A DNA stretch of 63,722 nt, filler included, from Globobulimina sp. (taxonomy: Eukaryota): assembly GCA_003354225.1 (NCBI GenBank). It is 27 parts of 27 records of this genome, joined end to end, with 100 filler letters (N's around TTAATTAATTAA, not from the genome) between each part and the next. Parts side by side here need not be neighbours in the genome. Positions count along the whole stretch, not along the records: positions 47,287 to 49,549 come from PIVH01007794.1; positions 49,650 to 51,912 come from PIVH01007795.1; positions 52,013 to 54,274 come from PIVH01007796.1; positions 54,375 to 56,636 come from PIVH01007797.1; positions 56,737 to 58,998 come from PIVH01007798.1; positions 59,099 to 61,360 come from PIVH01007799.1; 21 more parts are not named here. One strand, 5' to 3'. Within the stretch, counting starts at the first letter, position 1; every line of letters begins with the position of its first letter. Both the position numbers and the translations under genes were made by a program. Shown piece after piece: positions 47,470 through 59,399 of this stretch. The notes beneath the pieces were generated by a model that was not told where the DNA came from, searched no databases, and saw only the letters and a list, made by a program, of their open reading frames with translations.

Positions 47470-49305
47470 CTACTTTTTTCTTGATTCATTTTTTTTTGAT
47501 TGAGAAATCTGTTGAATATACATAATATCATTTGGCACTAGTTTTAAACAATAATTCCAACCAAACACACCCCCAATTTTATTATCACTCTCATTCTTAT
47601 TCTTATTCTTCTCATTCCTTTCATATTTATATTTATTTTTAAATGGACAATAATCATTATGTAAATTAATTGGATCAAAATATATTTTCTGATGAATAGT
47701 CGGTGTATCAACGCGTTTTCTCTTGATTTGTTTTCTTTCATTTTCAGCGTCAGCCACAAATACATTGTTAAATTTGCGCTTTCTTGATCGTTTCTGCTTA
47801 TTTGCGGTTGGAGTGCGATATGAGCCATGCAATCGTTGTGAAGATAATGAGTCAGAATCAATTCGTCGTTTTTTTATTATCGGTACAAATTCCGAGGAAA
47901 CCATAGAAACCGATGTCGATTCATCGCATTCTAACTCCATAGATTTCCTTTTTCTGTTTTTCCGTCCATGTACACCATGAACAGTATGAACACTATGGAC
48001 ACTATCCACTGAATTGGATGATGAAAATCGCATTCTTTTGCGCGGACATTCTACACTTTTCTTATCATCACAAATATCATCATCCTCATCCTCATCCTCA
48101 TTCATCTCAATTGACATTTGATCGCGTCTTCTTTTCTTATTTTTTTTCGCTGAAATCGACCTTGACACAGAAACAGAATTCGATTGGGTCAAAATGGACT
48201 GTTTTGGCCATCGCATACTGCGACTTTGCAATCCATTCGCATCACATTTATACGACGCAAATGATGTACTCGCTGCCGAGAGAGCGAGTGGATGATTATT
48301 AAAATTCGCTTGTTTTTGTAAAGATTTTGTTTCATAGACTTGGAAATGCGGCGAGCGTATAATATTTGCATTCATTTTTAATCCTAATTTACTTAACCGA
48401 TTCATCACAGATTTCGTGTCATTTGTCGGTAATTCCACAGTCAAAATGCTTGAAATATCCTCTTCTTCTTCGTTGGGATTGGCCTCCTCCTCAATGCCAT
48501 GTAGCAATGCATGCATTTGCGAGTTATTATTTTGCGGCAATAATTGGAACAATTTCTTAAAATGATACGAATTTAATGAGCAGCATTTGTTGCAATATTG
48601 GCATTGAATGTATTTGTTTGTATTGAAAATCCAGCCGCACGCACATAATAACATAATATTTAAACATGCGTCGTGTTTTAAGAACGATTGCAATTTGTTA
48701 TGATTCTGCATTGCGGCAAACAGCACCTTTTTGCTGCTTTCATCAATGGAGGGAATGAAATAAAATGAATTGTTATCAGTCACGAGCCATGAGGTTATAT
48801 TTTCGATTAATTGTTGTTTCATAATGATAGTTTTTGGTAAGTATTCAAAAGATTTGTTGCATTCATTGTTTTTCCATTCACACGATGGTGTATGCGCAGA
48901 TTTGATGTTTTGCAAAAATGCCGACGCGATTTTGTTGTCTAGCTCGATGGAGTATAGGTTTTTTGTTTTGTAGTCGATTTGTGTGCCGCATCCGGTGCAT
49001 TTGAGTGTGTTTTTAGCGATGCATTCCCATCCAAAACGAGCACATAATAATGGATTACTATCTATCCGTTTAATATGCCATTTGATTGAGTTGAATGTGG
49101 ACACACGTTTTAAAAATTGTTTGTGATTCCATGGTTCTATGCGTGATAGAAGTGACGCTGGTAATTTACGGCTGGCACTGGCAGTCGGTAATGGCAATGG
49201 TAATGGTAATGGTAATGATGAGACTTTGTTTGCATTCACATTTGATGCTACCTTGGTGGATTTGTTTTGATTATTCGTGGTTTGTGATACTCGAGCCTTT
49301 GACAT
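47470..49305 (-). CDS. ZC3HC1: C3HC zinc-finger protein, NIPA/ZC3HC1/Pml39 family
   Basis: PWN...FLKRVSTF..CARFGW..LKCTGC..AH..SCEW; second finger CGW..CQYC completed by FDPINLHNDYCPF. Confidence 0.82.
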   Translation of the reverse strand: MSKARVSQTTNNQNKSTKVASNVNANKVSSLPLPLPLPLPTASASRKLPASLLSRIEPWNHKQFLKRVSTFNSIKWHIKRIDSNPLLCARFGWECIAKNTLKCTGCGTQIDYKTKNLYSIELDNKIASAFLQNIKSAHTPSCEWKNNECNKSFEYLPKTIIMKQQLIENITSWLVTDNNSFYFIPSIDESSKKVLFAAMQNHNKLQSFLKHDACLNIMLLCACGWIFNTNKYIQCQYCNKCCSLNSYHFKKLFQLLPQNNNSQMHALLHGIEEEANPNEEEEDISSILTVELPTNDTKSVMNRLSKLGLKMNANIIRSPHFQVYETKSLQKQANFNNHPLALSAASTSFASYKCDANGLQSRSMRWPKQSILTQSNSVSVSRSISAKKNKKRRRDQMSIEMNEDEDEDDDICDDKKSVECPRKRMRFSSSNSVDSVHSVHTVHGVHGRKNRKRKSMELECDESTSVSMVSSEFVPIIKKRRIDSDSLSSQRLHGSYRTPTANKQKRSRKRKFNNVFVADAENERKQIKRKRVDTPTIHQKIYFDPINLHNDYCPFKNKYKYERNEKNKNKNESDNKIGGVFGWNYCLKLVPNDIMYIQQISQSKKNESRKK

Positions 49306-49398
49306 GCGTGCTGTTGTCAAGAAGCGATGATCATGCAAATGGTGTGTGAATGATCATGCAAAATTTGTACATAATACTAGGTAAGTTTTTTATACATT

Positions 49399-49549
49399 AG
49401 ACTCGTGCCAACTAAGTTTTTCTTAACACATATAACTCTTCAAGTTAAATACATGGCACTTCCGCTTTAGTTTGCCAACTTTAAATCGGTTTCCCATTAA
49501 TGAATTTATCCCAATTGAGTATTAAATTCATATGAAACCGATTTAAAGC
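49399..49549 (+). repeat. Dispersed repeat, copy 2, ending in a hairpin
   Basis: Homologous to 23451-23549; CTTTAAATCGGTTTC ... GAAACCGATTTAAAG inverted arms. Confidence 0.85.
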
Positions 49550-49663
49550 NNNNNNNNNNNNNNNNNNNNNNNNNNNNNNNNNNNNNNNNNNNNTTAATTA
49601 ATTAANNNNNNNNNNNNNNNNNNNNNNNNNNNNNNNNNNNNNNNNNNNNTAGGAACACATAGC

Positions 49664-49716
49664 TACACATGATGCACAAGTGCACATGGACCATGTGCAC
49701 TTGTGTATCATGTGTA
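49664..49716. repeat. Near-perfect 53-bp palindrome near the contig start
   Basis: TACACATGATGCACAAGTGCACATGG-A-CCATGTGCACTTGTGTATCATGTGTA. Confidence 0.9.
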
Positions 49717-49929
49717 TCATGTATATTTTTGTATATAATTTAATAAGTAAAAACATTGCCAATCACAAAAGAAGTGTTTAGAAGTTTAAGCCTAAAAAGT
49801 CAAATGTTTATAACTATTTGCATACATTCCATTCAAGACACATTTTTAATTCATGATCTAAGATTAATCTGTCTCATAAAAATTAAAAGCATGAAACATT
49901 AAATTAATTATTAAAAAAGCACAAAATGT

Positions 49930-51912
49930 CTAAACATGATAATGCAGATTTGCTTGCTTTTCCTTATTATTATTATCAATTAATTTCATTTTCATTTGCA
50001 AATTATGTTTCATTTTTGATATTATTTTATCACAGAAAAATAACTTTTGAATTGGTCGACAAAATAAGCAAATAACAAATATAAACAGTACAACAATCAT
50101 AAACGGATAAAATAGCATAATGTCATACTGATTAATATTATCCCCATATAAATGCGGTTGCATTTGAACCACCAATTTATTCCGTTGCTTATTTTCCATT
50201 TTGTTGTCAATTGCAACCACATTATCCGTCACTGAGTTTAATTGTTTCTTTTGCGTTTGCATATTTTCCACATTTTCTATGCCGCATTTAAGAGTTTCCA
50301 TATTCTGCACTCTCGATATTGCATTAAATAACGGTTCAATCTTTTTATTTATTTTGGGAACGTTCATCATCGATAAATAATTCTCGCTGAATATCTCATT
50401 TATATTTTCATTCGTAATCTGAACTAATTTGCCCTGCAAATCCTTGTCCATCTCCTCAAAACAGGCATATTTTAGCAACATCTCCATTAACCAAAAGCAA
50501 TTTTTTCTGTATTGGTTGGCATCCAAACACGTCGAGTCTCCAAACACTGAGATACGCCCTGCCTTTTCCCCAGCATTTATAGCATATTTGGCATCATACA
50601 AAACCAAGGGAACCACTTTATATTTTCTGCTGTCTTTTTTTCCCGACTTTTTACTCGAAATCAACCGAAACAAATCACACAACAAAACATACGAATTTAG
50701 GCCAGATTTGCGAATAATTGAACCGGTTTGGAAGTAGGTCTCGTATTTATTAATTTTTATATCCCCCACACTCACCATATCACCAAATTGAATGCCAAAC
50801 ACTTCCAACAATTCATTCATTGCCACCACATTGGCCCCACCGCTCAATGCATCCCATAACGAACGCGTATTATCATCAAAAAAACGCACATCATCCTGCA
50901 ACTTTTCATTGTACCAATCAGCAAAGATAATAATCGACAAATCGTTATTTAAAATATCAAATTGCAGCTTATCGATCTCCTTCGCATCAAACTTATCCTC
51001 CGTATCAACAATAATCAGCGTCGAGTAAAGTTGCGGGTCAATACAGGAATAGTCACTGCGTAAAACCTCAACAAAGTATCCTTTGTCCCGCAGAAAGTCA
51101 TACAGTTTGTGGTAGTTTGTATGCAAATGATCGCCAAACCAGTCCAACATATCCCCGTCTTTTTCGAGGTCGTCGCGTGGGAAATACGCCAATGGATATT
51201 GCAAATTATGATATTGGTCCCATAATAGACGCAGTTTGGAGGGCGGAGTGGGAATAATTTGCAATGAAAATGGGATGTATAAGGAATGTAACTGTTGCGC
51301 ATCAACCACATTTATATCCACTTTGATGCGCCCACTCAATGCCACAATGTTCAGATTTTGAGTCTGAGCTTCGGCAAAAATATAAATGCCTAACCAACCA
51401 CACCAAGGCCACAATTTTGTGTTATATTCAAACTCCATTCGAATATATTCGCCAACAATCTCCCTTTTTAATTGCGTTCCATTTGCAAATATTATGGAAG
51501 TGATTTCAAAGTGCGGCGGATTTGCGATTGCACCAATCACCGAAAACGGATTTAATAAAGTTAGGTTAAAGATGTATGGCTCGCAGCTGTGATACAAAGG
51601 CTGTCTGCAAAAGGGCCAGAAATGGGGACATTGGGTGAAATCTAAGGAGGCGGGAACAGCGGAGACATGTTTTTTGTAATCAACTATGTATTTATAGGCT
51701 TTTTGCAGATTAATGCGACCATTTCCTTGTTCAAATAAGCGAACATTGTCCATGCGATCGGCAGATTCGATGAGTATTTGCTTTAACGAGGCCGGGTTGA
51801 TAATATCCCATCGAATGTCGGCGGGGATCACCGAGCTTAATAAGGCGGCCACACCGCTCACCACCGGCGAGGCCACGGAGGTCCCACTCAATGTTCTGCA
51901 GCCTCCGTCCAT
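49930..51912 (-). CDS. MBTPS1: Site-1 protease / SKI-1 subtilase, 5'-partial
   Basis: CRTLSGTSVASPVV, INPASLKQ, FEQG, CPHFWPFCRQPLY, LWDQYHNLQYP, GGANV, FGDSTCLD; C-terminal TM. Confidence 0.96.
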   Translation of the reverse strand: MDGGCRTLSGTSVASPVVSGVAALLSSVIPADIRWDIINPASLKQILIESADRMDNVRLFEQGNGRINLQKAYKYIVDYKKHVSAVPASLDFTQCPHFWPFCRQPLYHSCEPYIFNLTLLNPFSVIGAIANPPHFEITSIIFANGTQLKREIVGEYIRMEFEYNTKLWPWCGWLGIYIFAEAQTQNLNIVALSGRIKVDINVVDAQQLHSLYIPFSLQIIPTPPSKLRLLWDQYHNLQYPLAYFPRDDLEKDGDMLDWFGDHLHTNYHKLYDFLRDKGYFVEVLRSDYSCIDPQLYSTLIIVDTEDKFDAKEIDKLQFDILNNDLSIIIFADWYNEKLQDDVRFFDDNTRSLWDALSGGANVVAMNELLEVFGIQFGDMVSVGDIKINKYETYFQTGSIIRKSGLNSYVLLCDLFRLISSKKSGKKDSRKYKVVPLVLYDAKYAINAGEKAGRISVFGDSTCLDANQYRKNCFWLMEMLLKYACFEEMDKDLQGKLVQITNENINEIFSENYLSMMNVPKINKKIEPLFNAISRVQNMETLKCGIENVENMQTQKKQLNSVTDNVVAIDNKMENKQRNKLVVQMQPHLYGDNINQYDIMLFYPFMIVVLFIFVICLFCRPIQKLFFCDKIISKMKHNLQMKMKLIDNNNKEKQANLHYHV

Positions 51913-52079
51913 NNNNNNNNNNNNNNNNNNNNNNNNNNNNNNNNNNNNNNNNNNNNTTAATTAATTAANNNNNNNNNNNNNNNNNNNNNNNNNNNNNNNN
52001 NNNNNNNNNNNNTCTAAATATACTAAACTTCGCGCTGCCATTATGCAAAATCTTCAAAACATTTTTTTTTAGTCTAATC

Positions 52080-52988
52080 ATGGGAAATGAAACATCAGAT
52101 TCCAGTTCAAGTTCTGTATCCTCCAGACAGGGCAAACAATTACACACTGAAAATATACCATCATCTGAGGAGTCACATGTTTATTATCCATCATTATCCA
52201 CTGGGATTTATGGCATATACTGCATAAAAAATGACAATACTTTATCTTCAAGACATACAATACAATATATGCTCAATAAAAACAAGCACACTCAAACAGA
52301 CAGAATAACAATTGAGCGCCCGGTAGATACATATATAACTTACGGGGAATTTAAAGTAAAACTATATATCCAACACTTTGAACGACTGTACGCGATGGAT
52401 ATTATGATCGGAACCACAATATTAAATATTTGCTTTTCATTCTTTGGGAAGGAAATGGATATTTTTGATGCAAGTAATAAAGGAAAATGGTTGAAATTAA
52501 ATGAGACACAAACTATGTGTACGTCATCGGGTGATGCAGCTAATACAATTTATGGCAGTTTGAAAATCAAGCAAACGACATATATTAATGCATATAAATG
52601 GACTTTTAAAGTGATTGATAAAAAATTAAATATGTTTATTGGTATTGATTCAAATGCGGAATTTAAGCGATCAGATTTTTCAAATTTTTTCAGAAACTTC
52701 AACACAAAGCATGACGATATATTTTGTTCGTATGGCTCGGATGGAAATGTATATCATTGCATCTCTCGTGTCGCTCATAAATATGGTAAAGAATGGGAGA
52801 TAAGGGATGAGATAGAAATGGTTGTTGATATTAAACAGGAGATATTAAGTTATTATGTAAATGGAGAATATCAAGGAGTTGCAATGTATGATTTAGCATT
52901 CAAACAAAAAGTATATAATATGGCTGTTGCGTTGTTCTGCGAGCAAGATTCCATTGAATTGATTGATTTTTGTGTACATTGTCAGTAG
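52080..52988 (+). CDS. B30.2/SPRY-like domain protein
   Basis: YKWTFKV..MFIGI..YGSDG..YGKEW...DEIEMVVD...LSYYVNGEYQGVA. Confidence 0.75.
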   Translation: MGNETSDSSSSSVSSRQGKQLHTENIPSSEESHVYYPSLSTGIYGIYCIKNDNTLSSRHTIQYMLNKNKHTQTDRITIERPVDTYITYGEFKVKLYIQHFERLYAMDIMIGTTILNICFSFFGKEMDIFDASNKGKWLKLNETQTMCTSSGDAANTIYGSLKIKQTTYINAYKWTFKVIDKKLNMFIGIDSNAEFKRSDFSNFFRNFNTKHDDIFCSYGSDGNVYHCISRVAHKYGKEWEIRDEIEMVVDIKQEILSYYVNGEYQGVAMYDLAFKQKVYNMAVALFCEQDSIELIDFCVHCQ

Positions 52989-53399
52989 TATCTGATCTCC
53001 AAACCCCTTTCGCATGGAAATGATACTTGTAACATTCTAAATGATTCTGCTATGATTTAAAAAAATGTTTCAAATAATGGAAAAAATAGCAAATTAAAAC
53101 AGAATAACGTATAGTATAAAATTATAACAATAGAATAGTTTGATTCACACACATTCAAAAGTTTAAATAGAGAAATATATATTTACTGTTTTTATCATTT
53201 TCATGTCAAATTGCCAATCCATCAAAAATACACAATCATTGCTATTCTTGTTCTAGATCTACATTTAAAAAGAAACACAAAGAGAGAGTGAGAGCATATG
53301 TACCAAGACAAAAAACAAACATTACATATAATATGAAATCAGTATCTTACATCCTTGCACAAAATATATAGAGTAAAATTAAAATTAAAATTACAAAAC

Positions 53400-54128
53400 T
53401 CAACTGTATAATGTATGTCTTTTATAACGAGCATTCCATCCAAATCTATACCGATAACGCGAAGATTTATCATATTCCTTTTTATCGTGTTTCCATCGCC
53501 CAACAAACCACGCCTTGCCCCACGACCTAAAATATGTTGGTCTTGCTGTTGGTTTTAATGTTGGTGATGTTGGAGCAATGCTATGTGTTTGTGATATGTC
53601 ACATGCATATTCACATATCGTTGCTGTGAGTAAACTATTTAAAATTGCTATGTCCGAAAGGGAAATATTATTTATTTCAAATGCTTGATGATATGACAAT
53701 ATTTCTTCATAGGTCTCTGCTTCGATATCATTGAGGTATATACCATATATATGTTCCAGTTGTGGTATTAATTGGACATCAATGCATTTATACTTATCAT
53801 GCGGCTCATTGCCAGATATTACAACTAATAATATTGGATTGTTGCTATGCATTGACATTATATGATCTTGTAAGTGATATAATGTATTACAAAAAGAAGA
53901 GTATCTGCCATTTGGTATTGGTGCAAGTGTAGACAATTGAGATATGGATGGATTTGCTAATACGTTGATTTCATTGTTGCTATATTGAATAATGTAATTA
54001 TTTGTGTTGTATCCGGAACATTTATGAAGGAATGCGGATGGAAGGTATGTCAATATATTGTGCCAAGTGTAGATATCAATATTGCTCGAATCTAATAAGA
54101 AATATACATCGATGGGGCATGCATTCAT
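53400..54128 (-). CDS. vWA-like domain plus PT stalk protein, partial
   Basis: CPIDVYFLLDSS; LLVVISGNEP; PTSPTLKPTARPT. Confidence 0.55.
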   Translation of the reverse strand: MNACPIDVYFLLDSSNIDIYTWHNILTYLPSAFLHKCSGYNTNNYIIQYSNNEINVLANPSISQLSTLAPIPNGRYSSFCNTLYHLQDHIMSMHSNNPILLVVISGNEPHDKYKCIDVQLIPQLEHIYGIYLNDIEAETYEEILSYHQAFEINNISLSDIAILNSLLTATICEYACDISQTHSIAPTSPTLKPTARPTYFRSWGKAWFVGRWKHDKKEYDKSSRYRYRFGWNARYKRHTLYS

Positions 54129-54533
54129 AATGCAAATGCATTGCTTTGTTGTTTCAGTATTCCACAGTGAACATTGTTTTGTTTGTTGTGCATATGTTTG
54201 GCAGTCGGCTGAGGCTAACTCATAGCAAACTATTTCCGCTTATATCTTGTGTGTATGCAGTATGTACATATTGTNNNNNNNNNNNNNNNNNNNNNNNNNN
54301 NNNNNNNNNNNNNNNNNNTTAATTAATTAANNNNNNNNNNNNNNNNNNNNNNNNNNNNNNNNNNNNNNNNNNNNCAAGGAACCCAAAGTGGAAAAACAAA
54401 ATGCAATGTTGTCATCAAAGATTGTGGAGAACTTAAAGAGGAAAAGGTCCAGGAAGACTGAACTTGAGTGTAAATGTAACATTTGTTAGTTTTTTAGCTC
54501 ATTTCTTGTAAGTTACTTGAAAATCGCTTTGAA

Positions 54534-55609
54534 CTACTTTTCCATTAACATGGACCATTCTTTATTGTTCATCATATTCTCCCATTGCAAGGCATCAGAT
54601 TCCTTTATTTTATTCAATGTCTGTATTAAATTGATTTTTTTAATTTGTATCAAGTTTTGATTTGTTTCATTTTGTAATAACTGAAGTTGTTTTGTTGCCA
54701 ATACGCACAAATCAGAGATATTGCTATTCATTGTTTTCGCTGTTTCCATTGTTTTCATTTCAAACACTGTTTCATTTTGCTTTAGTTTGTGAGTTTTGTG
54801 ATTGTTATTGAATTTGCTCTTCGTTGATGCTAACAAATCCTGTACAGATGTCGATATTTGCGAATAATTTAAATGATTTAAAACCTGTTTATCACATTCA
54901 ATATGAATATGAGCATTGTCTTCCGCCTTTTCATCGATGTTCTCATTTATTGCCGACATTAATGCGGTAGCTAACAGAGATTCATTTTCTTGATCTTTGT
55001 TCTATTTATTTTCAATCTATAACACAACATGAAATAAAACAAAATGTGCATTCTATGATTAACTGTTTCTGGCTCCATTTGAAACATACATCGAGGATCA
55101 AATGAAGTGGTGAGATCAAACTTATTTAGCGAGTTAGGATCAGAATAATCATCTTCATCGTCAATGCTTTTTTGTACGGCCAATTTGGTTTCGTTGTAAG
55201 TAAATCCCTCGTCAATTAACTGTGAAATCGACGATAAAACAGTTGTTTCGTGCTCATCATTTATATTATCATTGATTGATATTTTAGTTTGTTGATTTTT
55301 GATGCAATTTACCCAATCATTACATGCAATATTTGTGTGTGTTTTAAATTTTGTGGATGTTTTATTTTTTGATAGTGAAAATAATTCAAATTCGTTTGCA
55401 TTTATTTGATGAATATCGTCATATACTGTTAAATCATATATTTGTATCACATCGTTTGTTTGGTGATCAACCGGTTTCTGGTTAAATATCAATAAACAAA
55501 ACCCTTTTAATACAATCCATTTCAATTTCCATTGTTTTAAATACGACGATTGTCTCAATATATAGCCCGCTTTAACTAAACAAGCATACATAGACGGTTC
55601 TTGTGACAT
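54534..55609 (-). CDS. PH-domain protein with UBA-like and coiled-coil regions; intron-containing
   Basis: VKAGYILRQSSYLKQWKLKWIVL..CNDWVNCIK; LIDEGFTYNETKLAV. Confidence 0.75.
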
Positions 55610-55738
55610 TATACGATGACTAGCTCTGAAGTTGACGGGTTTTTTTAGCAAGGAGCCACATTTGGGAGTTTCTTTATTTGCGCACGGTTACAATATGTCT
55701 ATTCGTCACAATTTATTGGTGAATGTTTATTATGTAAC

Positions 55739-56330
55739 ATGATGGAGGTCCCTGCCTCGTCCAATGCGTTAATGTCAAATATTTCGGATGCGTTGGGTGA
55801 GAATTTTATATTGGAACCATTTTCATTTAATGTATTCAATAATCTTCAAAATGTCCATGAAGCTGTCAATGAAGAGATGTTCTTAGACAAAGTAATTGAA
55901 CGTGATGATATATTAACTGTATTTGGACAAGTTTTGATTGAACACGGTGTGAATGACATAATGGGGGCCTCTGTTTTACACAATCATTACTATTTGCACA
56001 ATGATAATGAAATTGTGGTATTGGCTGAGCCAGGTACTTTACAATTGGCTTTTCATACAAGTACAGCATTGGAATACACACAACACACAAATAGGTGAAA
56101 CAAGAGGCAATGATGTATTTATTACTTATGTGAAGAACATTGGTTTCAATGACACAACTCATACAACTGAAGATGTATTGGTTCCATATATGTTTAAATA
56201 TGAATATAATTTGGATGATAATTCGTGGAATTTGTATCCATTGCAATATATTATTGATTTGGATGGTGCTGTCAAGCAAAAATATGAAATAATATTTGAT
56301 GACAGTAATGTTGGTTTATTGTCTATAATG
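55739..56330 (+). CDS. Hypothetical protein, one intron, truncated at a junction
   Basis: ORFs 55739-56098 and 56001-56441 are joinable through a GT..AG intron near 56033-56094. Confidence 0.5.
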
Positions 56331-56636
56331 GTAAGCGTTGCTTCCGAACTGACAATACTGCCGGCATCATTTGAGACCACACATTTAAATGTGGCCCCGT
56401 TATCTTCAAATGAGGCCTCGGCAATAGTGTATGTCGCCTGATCTGCCCCCTCTATATTGACTGAATATCTCTGCCATTGATAGGTCAACCCGGACCCGGA
56501 AGCTATTATTGTAAACACAGCCTGGGTTCCTTCATTTACCGTTAAATTGGCCGGCTGAGTCCGAATAACCGATGCATTTTGAATCACGGTAAGGATTGCC
56601 GGATCGCTGGTAACACTTCCGGTGTCATTTGATACC
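56325..56636 (-). CDS. Bacterial-type tandem immunoglobulin (I-set-like) domain fragment
   Basis: IRTQPANLTVNEGTQAVFTIIASGSGLTYQWQ..YTI..DNGATFKCVVSNDAGSIVSSEATLT; higher GC than the adjoining DNA. Confidence 0.8.
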
Positions 56637-56736
56637 NNNNNNNNNNNNNNNNNNNNNNNNNNNNNNNNNNNNNNNNNNNNTTAATTAATTAANNNNNNNN
56701 NNNNNNNNNNNNNNNNNNNNNNNNNNNNNNNNNNNN

Positions 56737-57558
56737 TCGATCCTTTGTATCATAACAAAAGTTGTTTCTACGTCCAAAAAACGTACAATCGTCATTAAAC
56801 GGTGCAGGATTGGTTGGGGACGAGGTTGGATTTGGTGTTGTGCCAAATAGAGCACATCGGTTAGTTCCAGTTTTATATTGTTGGGATAAATAAGTTGTAG
56901 TAATCACATTTTTACCCCATTTACATGTTGAATGTGTATCTTGACCAGGTTGTGAATACCATGATTGGTTACAGTGATATGAGTCCCTAATATTATGATT
57001 GTTACTTGTTTTTTACATCTGCGTATATCGTATATATAAATAGAATTTAATACCATTGTTTGAATCGCGCCATTTGATTTGCATCAGAATACCAATAAAG
57101 CGGTGCTAGCGATCTATTGCTACCACAAACAGCACAACCTGATCCTTGGCAATATGTTGTTATGCCACCCAATGTGTTTGGGCTATATTTCCAATGACCT
57201 AATTGTGTCTGTATTGCATCGTTTGGATTCATTCTAAACATGTTATATAAAATATGTTGAAATCTTTCTTCAGAGTTAGGAAACGTGCTATGTTCGCCAC
57301 CTTATGCAGTTATTTATGTATAGCATAATTATTACCAATGGAGATTGCATATATCGTCGAAGAAACATGATGGATAATCTATACCTGGAGGGAACATATT
57401 GCATATCTCTTCGTAAAAACATGATGGATTTGTATCAATTAAATTGTAATTTTGTGTTTGTACAGTGAGTGCGTTAGGATTTGATATTGGATAACCACTA
57501 TATACATTTCTCATTAATGTGATAATCGCCAAGCAACAACATGCATTAAATCGCATCA
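56737..57558 (-). CDS. Secreted Cys-rich protein, multi-exon, 3'-partial
   Basis: Signal-like N-terminus; repeated PSCFxxxIC; short ORFs separated by intron-like segments. Confidence 0.45.
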
Positions 57559-57752
57559 TCTGATCCTTTCTGGACAAAAAGTTTTTTTTTAAGTTTTTAA
57601 TCTAACAGGCATGATGCTTTCACAATCACCTGTCTCGACATGTACAATAACACATATACAAAAAAGGTTGAATATCGCGAGCAACGTTGGATCTATCAGC
57701 TGCACTTTTGCCCCCACGCAACCAACCGCATCGACATTCATATTACGCAATA

Positions 57753-58998
57753 ATGTCAGACTCAGAAGATGCACAACTAATTGAAATACCACCTCAACAA
57801 CAAATATCTCCAAAAGCTGACCATGTCACAAGCCCTGACAACCCCGCACAAACCACCACACACAACCCACAAAACCGAGGTGGAGCATCCTCGGCAGCGC
57901 AAGCTGTTGCAACGTCAACATTTCGTACCGACCCAGTTCCTCCGCACCAACAAAGCGGTGACGAAGATGACGCTGCAACGGAAAGTACAAACGCTGCTTT
58001 ACAGCGAAAAGCATCCGTAGTTTCCTCGTTTTATACCAATAACAAAGACATGATATTATCATGGCTAAAATTTACATTTTTAACACTTTGGTTGGCATAT
58101 TCAATCGCTGCATTTATAATTGATTTCCACAGAGCAAGAATATTATTCATCTTTGAAGTGATAGTGGTTGTTATATTTTTTCTCAATTTTTTCTACAAAC
58201 AATGTTGCATTGGTATCCCTACAAAAGTAACCAATGTAATACGCAATAACAAAATCATTTTATTCCTAATATATGTGCTATTGATTTGCGGTGTCATTGT
58301 AGCAATACTATTTTGCACGTATTCTGATCCAGGTCGGTTGGTGGCGTTGGTGGGCTTAACTGTATTTATATGTTGCTGTTGGATATGCAGTTGGAACCGA
58401 AAACGAATCCGTTGGAGACCTGTTTTCTGGGGCTTTGGTTTACAATTTACATTTGCATTGATAATATTACGCACACAGCCTGGCTTTGAGTTATTTAATT
58501 GGCTGGGAAATGCATTCAAAACCTTATTGGACTTTACATTGGATGGCAGTGGCTTTGTGTTCAGTTATTTAGCGACGGGAACATTGCCGGATGGAACACA
58601 ACCGTTTGAACAAGCGTCGGTGTTCGCATTTAGTGTGATACCGACGGTTATCTTCTTCAGTTCGCTGGTGTCTATCTTGTATTACATTGGCGTCTTACAA
58701 TTCATTATCTATTATTTGTCCATTGTCATGCAGTTTACGTTAGGGACCTCTTCATCAGAATCATTGAACGCAGCTGGAAATATATTTGTTGGTATGACCG
58801 AAGCACCGTTATTAATTAAACCCTTTTTGCAAAAGATGACTCGGTCGGAGTTACATGCGGTTATGACCGGTGTGTAAAATATTTATTATACTACTTTGTC
58901 TTTATATTTGTACACAAACTTGAAACGGTTTCATGAAATAAATGCGTGATTATAATCATATGTTGTTTTGGTGAAAAGGCGGATTCGCGACGATTGCG
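57753..58998 (+). CDS. Concentrative nucleoside transporter (SLC28/CNT), 3'-partial
   Basis: IRWRPVFWGFGLQF, FAFSVIPTVIFFSS, ESLNAAGNIFVGMTEAPLLIKP, SELHAVMTG|GFATIA across an intron. Confidence 0.95.
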
Positions 58999-59099
58999 NN
59001 NNNNNNNNNNNNNNNNNNNNNNNNNNNNNNNNNNNNNNNNNNTTAATTAATTAANNNNNNNNNNNNNNNNNNNNNNNNNNNNNNNNNNNNNNNNNNNNG

Positions 59100-59378
59100 A
59101 TATTCCAAGCATCACCGGGTGGACTGGGCATTATTGTTGGTGTTGGGAAACACGGAGGAGGCAATGCTAACAATCAGAGCAAACTACATCAGTTCATCAC
59201 ACATGAACTGAAATCATGGAATCCGCCAATAAATTGTGTACAAGGTGCTACAAAAGGGAGATTGAGTATTGATAGAAAACAATTGTCCCCGTATTTGAAG
59301 GACATGAATTATGCGAAAAAAAAATTAACCATAGCTTCAAACGATTGGTGGTATCATGATCCTCGCATTTTAACATGA
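59100..59378 (+). CDS. Smr-domain C-terminus (PPR-SMR-like), 5'-partial
   Basis: Read by hand: LGIIVGVGKHGG..LHQFITHELKSWNPPI..KGRLSI, stop at 59378; not in the ORF track. Confidence 0.6.
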   Translation: MFQASPGGLGIIVGVGKHGGGNANNQSKLHQFITHELKSWNPPINCVQGATKGRLSIDRKQLSPYLKDMNYAKKKLTIASNDWWYHDPRILT

Positions 59379-59399
59379 AATCAAGTATGATGGCGTTGA

